A DNA stretch of 62,532 nt, from assembly GCA_945861645.1 (NCBI GenBank), contig CAMAVZ010000009.1, forward strand, positions 1-62,532. Direction: 5' to 3'. Positions 1 through 7,842 of this stretch are shown one piece after another. This DNA is from Opitutus sp. GAS368. GTDB lineage: Bacteria > Verrucomicrobiota > Verrucomicrobiia > Opitutales > Opitutaceae. How positions within the stretch are numbered: position 1 is the stretch's first letter; the number at the start of each line of letters is the position of its first letter. A program made the position numbers and the translations under genes. The notes beneath the pieces are model-generated. The model did no database searches and was not told the DNA's origin. It was given only the letters and a program-made list of their open reading frames with translations.

Positions 1-1
1 C

Positions 2-1480
2 CCGGCGATCATTGAAGCGCAGGAGAGTGGGGTCCCGCTGCTTGTTTTAACGGCAGATCGTCCCCCGGAGATGCGGGCATGCCACTCGGGCCAAACCATT
101 GATCAGCAAAAACTCTACGGCAGTCAGGTAAATTTTTATCATGAATGCGCGGTTCCGGTAGCGAGTGTGGCGATGCTCCGCTATCTTCGCCAGACTCTAG
201 CCGAAGCGGTTGCTCGTGCCCACCAGCCACGACGGGGACCAGTGCATTTAAATTGTCCGTTTCGTGATCCGCTGCACCCCACGGATGAAGCACTGCCGCC
301 GGAATTAGCCACTTTGCTGACAAAATCCTTTTTCGCCGGATTAGCGGCACCCATTTCTTCCCGAGTCGCTGCTGCTGCAGTTGGTCGTTCGGCGCTCAGT
401 AAAAAATTCACCACCGAGGACGCCGGGCTGATTCTGGTCGGTTCGGTAGAAACCGCGGACGGTAAAGCTTTCGCCCAAAACGCAGGTCGGCTATCACGCG
501 CTTTAGGTTGGCCGGTTCTCGCTGATGGACTTAATCCACTGCGCATGCACGCGGGAGTCGCAGGGCACCTGGTAACATGCTATGATACCATTTTACGCCA
601 CGAAGGGAGCGCGGAAGCGCTACGCCCGAAGCGCGTAATTTGTTTGGGAGGTTGGCCCACCAGCAAGATTCTGCGGACTTGGTTGCAGCAGAGTGATCCT
701 GAGACGATTATGGTGACCGATCGCTCGGTTAATCTCGATGCTCTTCACCTACGGAGTCGGGTGGTAACGGCTGATCCAGCGCAGTGGATCCATGGGGGCA
801 CGGGGCGGCGCTCGTTGACTCCTTATGCGCAGCGCTGGCTGAAAGCTAATGAGCAGGTTAAAAACTTTTTCACGAAATATTGGCGCGCCAGCACGGATGC
901 CTTTGAGCCACGCTGGGTTCCGGTTCTGGCTCGGCAATTACCGGTTCGGAGTAAGCTATTTGTCGCCAATTCCATGCCCGTGCGGGATCTGGAATATTTT
1001 TGGCCGGCCACTAATCGGGGGCATGCCATTTATTTTAACCGCGGGGCTAATGGCATTGATGGGACTTTATCCACTGCCATGGGCGTAGCGTCGGGGCCCG
1101 GCTCGACGGTTTTGCTTACCGGTGATTTAGCTTTGTTGCATGACACCAACGGCTGGCTCTTAGCGGCTAAATTTAAAGGCAGCCTAACGATTGTGCTCAT
1201 CAATAATAACGGAGGCGGCATCTTCGAACATCTGCCGGTGGCGCAAATAACGCCGCACTTCGAGGATTTTTTTGCCACACCTCAGGACGTTGATTTCAAG
1301 CAATTGTGTTCGGCCTATGGCGTGAAACACGTGCTGGTACGCGCTTGGTCTCATCTCGCGATTCTTTTGGCGTCTTTACCACCAACGGGACTGCGCGTTT
1401 TGGAAGTGCGCACAGCTCGAAAAGCAGATGCCGCCCAGCGGCGAGCATTGTTTCAAGCCGCGGCAGAGGAACTGCGGTAA
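2..1480 (+). CDS. menD: 2-succinyl-5-enolpyruvyl-6-hydroxy-3-cyclohexene-1-carboxylate synthase (5'-truncated by window)
   Basis: Frame is open from nt 2 (PAIIEAQESGVPLLVLTADRPPEM). Motifs GPVHLNCPFRDPL, ANSMPVRD, NRGANGIDG and the TPP-binding GDLALLHD...NNNGGGIF are typical of MenD. Confidence 0.95.
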   Translation, partial: PAIIEAQESGVPLLVLTADRPPEMRACHSGQTIDQQKLYGSQVNFYHECAVPVASVAMLRYLRQTLAEAVARAHQPRRGPVHLNCPFRDPLHPTDEALPPELATLLTKSFFAGLAAPISSRVAAAAVGRSALSKKFTTEDAGLILVGSVETADGKAFAQNAGRLSRALGWPVLADGLNPLRMHAGVAGHLVTCYDTILRHEGSAEALRPKRVICLGGWPTSKILRTWLQQSDPETIMVTDRSVNLDALHLRSRVVTADPAQWIHGGTGRRSLTPYAQRWLKANEQVKNFFTKYWRASTDAFEPRWVPVLARQLPVRSKLFVANSMPVRDLEYFWPATNRGHAIYFNRGANGIDGTLSTAMGVASGPGSTVLLTGDLALLHDTNGWLLAAKFKGSLTIVLINNNGGGIFEHLPVAQITPHFEDFFATPQDVDFKQLCSAYGVKHVLVRAWSHLAILLASLPPTGLRVLEVRTARKADAAQRRALFQAAAEELR

Positions 1481-1525
1481 ATCTGGCGGGGGCCACGGCG
1501 ATCGTGGTCCCAGCGTCGCGGCGTC

Positions 1526-3409
1526 TTACAATTGAATCGGTAAACCCACTTCGATGATTTGCATCGGGGGGAGCTGATAATAATCGCGGGCTTGGCGCGC
1601 ATTTCGACTGAGAAAAGCATAAAAATGTTTTTGCCACTCAAGCATGTTCGTGTCGCCGCCGGTGACGATCATCTCGCGATTAAAATAGTAAGTGGCTTCG
1701 CTCAGCTTAAGGGGTACGCCCGCGCCGCGGACTTTTTGCATGAGCGATGACACGTCAGGTGATTCCATATAGCCATAACGACCGATGGCGCGCCAGACGC
1801 CGTTACCGATTTCCGTTACCGTGAAACGATCCGCGTCGGCGACGACGGGAACTTCATCGGTGGTAATGCTCAACAAGACCACGGTTTCATGTAGAACCTT
1901 ATTCGCTTTGACGTGGTGCAGGAGCACCAGCGGCGTGCCGGTGGGATTACCCGCCATGAAAACCCCCGTACCGCGCACGCGGGTTACATGCTCGCTGCAG
2001 GCGATTTTACTCAATTCGCTTTCCGTAATTTCGTTAGCATAGATGCGGCGAAAAATCTCCGCCTTTCCCAGTTTCCAGGTCGTCATGATTGCCAGTAAGC
2101 CGAGCGCGATGAAAACGGGGAGCCAGCCCCCATCAGCGAATTTATGAATATTCGCGCCAAAAAAAGTCACATCGAGAATGATAAATAATAGGCAAAGCAG
2201 AAACGCCTGCCAGAGGGGCCAAAGCCAAGCGCGCCGCATGACGACGAAAAGAATCAACGAAGTCACAATCATGGTAGCGGTAACCGCGATCCCGTAGGCC
2301 GCGGCGAGCGCGGAACTTGATTTAAATCCATAGACCGTGGCAATGGCGCCCAGAGCGAGGGTAATATTAACTAACGGCAGATAAATTTGACCGGGTTGAT
2401 CGGGATTCGTGTGTTTAATAGTCAGGCGTGGAAAATAGCCCAGTTGAATGGCCTGACGGATCAGCGAATAGGCCCCTGAAATAAGCGCCTGACTGGCAAT
2501 AATGGCTGCACAGATCGATAGTGCTAGAAGCGCAAGCCGCAGTGGTCCTTCGGGGGCCAGGGCGAGAAACGGGTTTCCCACTTGGCCGCCCTGCGCGATG
2601 ACATTAGCGCCTTGGCCGAAGTAGTTAAGGGTCAGGCCAGGAAGAACCACCGCGTACCAACCAGTGTTAATTGCGCGGCGTCCAAAATGCCCCATGTCGG
2701 CATAAAGTGCTTCGACCCCAGTAATCGCCAAGACGACAGAGCCGAGGAGGATAGTCGATTCTTTTGGATGCAATACCAGCAATTCAACCCCGAGCAAGGG
2801 ATTGAGCGCATGGAGCACGAAAGGATTTTGGATCACATGCCAAAGACCCAAGGCGCCCAAAACTAAAAACCAGAGCAACATGACGGGTCCAAAAATCCGC
2901 CCGATAAATTTTGTCCCCTGATATTGAAATGCAAACAAGCCCGCTAAAATAGCGATAGCGATCGGCACGATATAATGCTCTACGCCGGGCCAGACCTCCT
3001 TGATGCCCTCTGTCGCCGAGAGCACGGTCATGGCCGGAGTAATGATCGCTTCGCCGCATAGCATGGCTGCGCCGGTCAGCACCACGATGACGCCAAAATT
3101 GAGCACAGTTTTTCCCGGGCGGTCCAATTGACTGAGAGCGAGGAGCGCAAAAATCCCGCCTTCCCCACGGTTGTCAGCGCGCAAAACGAAGAGGGTATAT
3201 TTGAGGCTTACCACAAGCAGTAAGGACCAGAAAATCAGTGAGAGAACCCCCAAGATGGCCTGCGCATGTTCACCGGGAGGAAGCGCACGGAGGCACTCCC
3301 GAATCGTATAAAGTGGGCTGGTCCCGATATCGCCAAAGACGACTCCGAGCGCACCGAGCGTCAGAGCATTTCTAGCAGCAGCACTAACCTTGGGCGACTG
3401 GTTTTGCAT
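1526..3409 (-). CDS. kup: KUP/HAK/KT family potassium transporter
   Basis: LGALGVVFGDIGTSPLY, ADNRGEGGIFAL, GVEALYADMGHFG; about 12 TM helices plus a cytoplasmic C-terminal domain. Start uncertain (3409, 3421 or 3442). Confidence 0.95.
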   Translation of the reverse strand: MQNQSPKVSAAARNALTLGALGVVFGDIGTSPLYTIRECLRALPPGEHAQAILGVLSLIFWSLLLVVSLKYTLFVLRADNRGEGGIFALLALSQLDRPGKTVLNFGVIVVLTGAAMLCGEAIITPAMTVLSATEGIKEVWPGVEHYIVPIAIAILAGLFAFQYQGTKFIGRIFGPVMLLWFLVLGALGLWHVIQNPFVLHALNPLLGVELLVLHPKESTILLGSVVLAITGVEALYADMGHFGRRAINTGWYAVVLPGLTLNYFGQGANVIAQGGQVGNPFLALAPEGPLRLALLALSICAAIIASQALISGAYSLIRQAIQLGYFPRLTIKHTNPDQPGQIYLPLVNITLALGAIATVYGFKSSSALAAAYGIAVTATMIVTSLILFVVMRRAWLWPLWQAFLLCLLFIILDVTFFGANIHKFADGGWLPVFIALGLLAIMTTWKLGKAEIFRRIYANEITESELSKIACSEHVTRVRGTGVFMAGNPTGTPLVLLHHVKANKVLHETVVLLSITTDEVPVVADADRFTVTEIGNGVWRAIGRYGYMESPDVSSLMQKVRGAGVPLKLSEATYYFNREMIVTGGDTNMLEWQKHFYAFLSRNARQARDYYQLPPMQIIEVGLPIQL

Positions 3410-3551
3410 TGAGGAGGGCATTCTTGTCTTACCGCTGCGCACTCCAAGCAGTTTTACGGATTATTTAAATACAGCTTGACCCCGATTTGTAAAAAACAGG
3501 CAAACTAGCAAAAACGGTTGCTGCTCAGGGGTTTTCCCGTACATTACTCTC

Positions 3552-4385
3552 ATGCTTCCCGCTTGGAAAATCGTTAAAAAATACGACGACATCATCTATC
3601 AGAAGGCCGCCGGTATGGCCAAGATCACGATTAATCGGCCAGAAAAGCGTAATGCCTTCCGCCCGCAAACGATCGTAGAGATGCATGCAGCGCTCTTGGA
3701 CGCGCGCGAAGATCAAACAATCGGGGTTATTTTTCTGACCGGGGCCGGTCCCGCTAAGGACGGGAAATATGCTTTCTGCGCTGGCGGCGATCAGTCGGTG
3801 CGCGGTCACGGTGGTTATATCGATGGTCAAGGCGTACCGCGGCTCAACGTGCTCGAAGTGCAAAAACTCATACGATCGATGCCTAAAGTCGTCGTGGCCT
3901 TGGTTGCGGGTTACGCCATCGGTGGGGGGCATGTGCTGCACGTCATGTGCGACCTGACCATCGCGGCCGACAATGCGATCTTTGGTCAAGTGGGACCCAA
4001 AATGGGCAGTTTCGATGGCGGCTTTGGCTCGAGTTACCTCGCGCGCATGGTTGGCCAAAAAAAGGCCCGTGAAATCTGGTTTCTCTGTCGCCAATACAAT
4101 GCCCAAGAAGCTCTCACCATGGGCTTGGTGAACAAAGTGGTGCCCGTAAAAAAGCTCGAAGCGGAAGGGGTCGCGTGGGCCCAGGAAATACTGCAACGCA
4201 GTCCTCTCGCCATTCGCTGTTTGAAATCAGCTTTCAACGCCGAGTTGGATGGTCAGAGCGGCATTCAGGAACTCGCGGGTAATGCCACGATGCTTTATTA
4301 CATGACCGAAGAGGCGAAGGAATTTATGACGGCGCAGAAAGAAAAACGAAAACCGAAAGCGGCGAAGTTTCCTTGGCTGCCCTAA
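3552..4385 (+). CDS. menB: 1,4-dihydroxy-2-naphthoyl-CoA synthase
   Basis: [57 protein letters not shown]. Confidence 0.97.
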   Translation: MLPAWKIVKKYDDIIYQKAAGMAKITINRPEKRNAFRPQTIVEMHAALLDAREDQTIGVIFLTGAGPAKDGKYAFCAGGDQSVRGHGGYIDGQGVPRLNVLEVQKLIRSMPKVVVALVAGYAIGGGHVLHVMCDLTIAADNAIFGQVGPKMGSFDGGFGSSYLARMVGQKKAREIWFLCRQYNAQEALTMGLVNKVVPVKKLEAEGVAWAQEILQRSPLAIRCLKSAFNAELDGQSGIQELAGNATMLYYMTEEAKEFMTAQKEKRKPKAAKFPWLP

Positions 4386-4424
4386 GCGATGCGCTAGCTT
4401 GCTGGGTGATTTTTTTGGGGGATG

Positions 4425-5597
4425 TTACTTTTTATTATCCACCGTCAGTTCCAGCCAGATAGCGTCGCGCAGATTTTCGCGCAAATAATCGTAGGTAACC
4501 TGACCATAGCCACCTTGTTCCCAGTTAGGTCCCCAAGAGTTTTTAAAGATAAAAACCGCATCTTTGATTTGCCCAGTGGCGGACTGACAGCCGACTAGCG
4601 TGACCGCGTGGCCGGTGGCTGGGTTTGCTGGCCGCGAGCCGATATAGCCGCGGGGAATCCGCCCAGCGGGCCAAGCTAGCCCGATCGGCACCGGTAAGCC
4701 GGCCTGCAGGGCGTGTATAATATTGTTAAGACGGGTAGGAGCATCGCGGCCGGGGAATTGATGGACAAATACGCGCTGGTACTGGCGCGCGGCTTGGATG
4801 ATCTCGGAACTAGGGTAGGGCCATAGACTGGCTGGCTGGCTCCACCGATTGGGCAAGCTTGCCTGCAAAGGGATGCCGTAAGTGCGAATAGCTTCCACTC
4901 CTTCAAATAAAGTAAAGCCCTCGTCGGGTTCTTCGTTGGTCGGTTCACGGGAGCCAGTGGGACGGACCTCGGACAGTCGCTGCAAAATTTTGCGGGTCGC
5001 CCAAATCAGATACTCTTCCGAAAACTTTTCTACCTGCCCAGTCAGTTCGGCGCGCTGAAACTCCAGAGCGCTCACGATGGCAAAGACAGCACAGCTAGGC
5101 CGGCGCCCCTGATTTTTAATCCCCAATTCAAATTTGAAAAATCTTGGACGCAAATCGACTGGTCCCAGGAGCGTCGCCAGTTGGCCAAATTTCACGAGCA
5201 ATTGATCAACCGGTGAAAAATTTACCGTCGAGCCCACTGGCAAATGGCGACTGGGCGCAGGCGTAGTTTTATTCACCGCCTCAGCGGCGGCGTCTAGGGC
5301 GGCGGCGTAATGAAAGCGCCCTTGCCAGTCAGGCGGGAGATCGCGCAGTCGAATAGAGGCCAAGCCATCGCGGTGGGCAATGAGGAGCGTGCGCGCATTG
5401 ACGGAACGCACCTGCACTTCTTGGTAAGTAGTGGCGCCCACGGTTAATGATTCGGGTGCGACGTGGGTACCCGCATTAAGCTCGGCGGCCTGAATGGATG
5501 GCCCCGTGGTGCCCGAACCCAATCCAAGCAAGCCAATCGATCCACGCAGAATTGCGCTCAAGCGAATAGCACGAAAGCGGGTGAGTAAGGGATCCAT
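4425..5597 (-). CDS. Papain-like C1 family cysteine peptidase, probably exported
   Basis: Catalytic motifs NQGRRPSCAVFA (Gln/Cys), GHAVTLVG (His) and FKNSWGPNW (Asn); basic/hydrophobic N-terminus. Confidence 0.85.
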   Translation of the reverse strand: MDPLLTRFRAIRLSAILRGSIGLLGLGSGTTGPSIQAAELNAGTHVAPESLTVGATTYQEVQVRSVNARTLLIAHRDGLASIRLRDLPPDWQGRFHYAAALDAAAEAVNKTTPAPSRHLPVGSTVNFSPVDQLLVKFGQLATLLGPVDLRPRFFKFELGIKNQGRRPSCAVFAIVSALEFQRAELTGQVEKFSEEYLIWATRKILQRLSEVRPTGSREPTNEEPDEGFTLFEGVEAIRTYGIPLQASLPNRWSQPASLWPYPSSEIIQAARQYQRVFVHQFPGRDAPTRLNNIIHALQAGLPVPIGLAWPAGRIPRGYIGSRPANPATGHAVTLVGCQSATGQIKDAVFIFKNSWGPNWEQGGYGQVTYDYLRENLRDAIWLELTVDNKK

Positions 5598-5648
5598 CAG
5601 CTAGCTTTTATCGTGAATCGGCGCGAAGGCAAAGAAAGGAAAGTAGCT

Positions 5649-5674
5649 AAAAAAAAGCGGCTCAGTTGAGCCGC
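5649..5674 (-). terminator. Rho-independent terminator of fba
   Basis: Minus strand GCGGCTCA-AC-TGAGCCGC followed by a T run. Confidence 0.8.
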
Positions 5675-5701
5675 AGCTAAGTCACCGGAAGATGTTCGAT
5701 T

Positions 5702-6652
5702 TTATTTGCCGAGACTAGCCCGAAGATCCGTGAGCTGATGAGCGGAACCAAGGAGGACGTTACGGCTCGCGATAAACTTAGCATATTCTTCGACGAAGAT
5801 TTTACCGGGCGGACGAAAATCAAAGTCCTTGGGGTGATCGCGAAAGAATTCCCGGTGCACGCGGGTCCAGACCAAGCGGCCATCGGTATCGATATTAATC
5901 TTAGTCACGCCAAGTTTAGCCGCTGGCAGATATTCATTCACGTCCACGCCCATCGAACCAGCGATTTGACCGCCGGCGGCATTGATGCGCGCCACTTCAT
6001 CTTGCGGCACGGAAGAAGATCCGTGCATGACGAGAGGGAAATTTGGCAAGCGAGCTTGGATTTTCTCGAGCACATCAAAATGCAGGGACTGTTTGCCCTT
6101 AAACTTAAAGGCGCCGTGGGAGGTGCCGATGGCCGCCGCCAAACAATCGCAACCGGTCCGTTGGACGAAATCTTCTGCCTCAGCGGGATCAGTTAAGCAG
6201 GCGTTACCTTCCTCGACCTTGATGTCCTCTTCCACGCCACCGAGCATCCCGAGTTCAGCTTCTACTGAGATACCTTTTTTATGGGCGGCCTCAACCACCC
6301 GTTTGGTGATTTCGATATTTTTCTCAAAAGGATCGTGCGAAGCATCAATCATGACGGAGCTGAAAAAGCCTGAGTTAATGCACTCGTAGCAGGTTTCTTC
6401 GTCACCGTGATCGAGGTGGACGGCATAAATAGCCTCAGGGAAAATTTCGCCCGCCGCGCGAATAATCGCCTCGAGCATGCGCTTATCGGTGTATTTACGC
6501 GCCCCTTTGGAAATTTGAATGATGAACGGCGCTTGGGAAGCGATCGCGCCCTTGAAGAGCCCCATGGCCTGTTCAGCGTTGTTAATATTATAAGCGCCAA
6601 CGGCATATTTACCGTAGGCGTGTTTGAAGAGTTGAGCGGTAGTTACGATCAT
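5702..6652 (-). CDS. fba: Class II fructose-bisphosphate aldolase
   Basis: YAVGAYNINNAEQ, VHLDHG, SVMIDASH, VEAELG, GTSHGAFK, PLVMHGSS, KINIDTD. Confidence 0.95.
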   Translation of the reverse strand: MIVTTAQLFKHAYGKYAVGAYNINNAEQAMGLFKGAIASQAPFIIQISKGARKYTDKRMLEAIIRAAGEIFPEAIYAVHLDHGDEETCYECINSGFFSSVMIDASHDPFEKNIEITKRVVEAAHKKGISVEAELGMLGGVEEDIKVEEGNACLTDPAEAEDFVQRTGCDCLAAAIGTSHGAFKFKGKQSLHFDVLEKIQARLPNFPLVMHGSSSVPQDEVARINAAGGQIAGSMGVDVNEYLPAAKLGVTKINIDTDGRLVWTRVHREFFRDHPKDFDFRPPGKIFVEEYAKFIASRNVLLGSAHQLTDLRASLGK

Positions 6653-6773
6653 GGCTGCGATCAAAGTAGCTAGTCTGCGCGAGCTCTCACAAGCCTATTT
6701 CCGGTCCGGCCGGTTAATATGACGTTACCGAAATTTAGCCGCGCCTTGCGCCCCCCATCAATGTAGTCGGGCC

Positions 6774-7757
6774 TCAATTCCTTGGCATGGCTGGATTGCT
6801 CGGCGCGCTCAAATTTTGCCGCATCCGGCGCGCGAGTTGGGCTTGCGCATCTTTTTCCTGCTGAATGGCGATCAAGGTATTCACTTGGCTGGGGGTCAAA
6901 ATCGCGCGCGACTGCTCAATCGCTTGAGGTGTGATACTTGCTCCAGCTCCAGACCCGTTGCCGTTGCCAAAAGCAACTCCGCGGGGCTGACCAACTACGG
7001 GGTTTGTCATGGCTGGGGGAGGCGGAATATTTCGGCTGAGTATTTCGACTAGGCTGCTGGCCTGCTGCGAAGTCATAGGGTCAGCCGAATAACTCAGGCG
7101 CTGCTGCATTCGCTCAACGGTCGCCCGCTGGGGCTGGGTTGACTCGTAATTTTGATACTGGGCATAGGCCGTGGCCCCGAGCGTACGCTCGATCTGGCGA
7201 TCGAGTTCCGCATTAGCATTTTGCACTAAGCTTCGCATCCGTTCGGCATTTTCCTGATTAGGCGTGAGGCCTTGGCTGCGCATGGCGGCGAGCACATCGC
7301 GCACCGTGCTTTGCTTATCGACTAAGAGTTGTTGCAATTTCCTCAACTGGTCCGGGGGCAGCGCTAATTGCTTGAACAGTTCAGCGTAGCGACTGTCGAG
7401 CATACCCCGATCGCGCAGGTTCATGAGCTGCTGCATTTCCGGAGTATCCATCATTTTAGCGAAATCCTCGGGCCCGCGCCGCGCTTTGCCGCCGCGTCGT
7501 TTATCTTTCGGTTCCGCTTCTACGGATACATCGGCGGTGGTTGATTCTGAAATGGCGGCATTATCCAATACGTCAGCGGTCTCGGGGGAGGCCGGCAGAG
7601 CGGCGTTCTCTTTCGCCTGCAGCGAATGGATCAGCGCTTCCGCCGCGGTCAGTGCCGTCTGTTGGTAATAAGCGTAAATACCGAGACTGATGCACCCGAG
7701 AGCCAGTACGGCGACCCAGCGCAGTCCGAAAAATGGAAGATTTTTCACGAGGCACAA
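6774..7757 (-). CDS. Hypothetical membrane-anchored helical periplasmic protein
   Basis: 327-aa ORF filling the gap between fba and topB; one N-terminal TM segment and a Gln-rich helical body. Confidence 0.7.
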   Translation of the reverse strand: MCLVKNLPFFGLRWVAVLALGCISLGIYAYYQQTALTAAEALIHSLQAKENAALPASPETADVLDNAAISESTTADVSVEAEPKDKRRGGKARRGPEDFAKMMDTPEMQQLMNLRDRGMLDSRYAELFKQLALPPDQLRKLQQLLVDKQSTVRDVLAAMRSQGLTPNQENAERMRSLVQNANAELDRQIERTLGATAYAQYQNYESTQPQRATVERMQQRLSYSADPMTSQQASSLVEILSRNIPPPPAMTNPVVGQPRGVAFGNGNGSGAGASITPQAIEQSRAILTPSQVNTLIAIQQEKDAQAQLARRMRQNLSAPSNPAMPRN

Positions 7758-7842
7758 CTCACCCGCTCAGGCGATAACCGCAAGCAGTTATCAAAGCTTA
7801 CTTTACGGTGTGCCCGTGCTCGCTCGGGGCTGGGGTAGTGGA

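Noticed and set aside
3525-4196. Long antisense or alternate-frame ORFs (e.g. 3525-4196, 9367-10038, 36797-37456, 39286-39840)
   Set aside because: Shadow ORFs opposite well-supported genes in GC-rich DNA, with no recognisable motifs.
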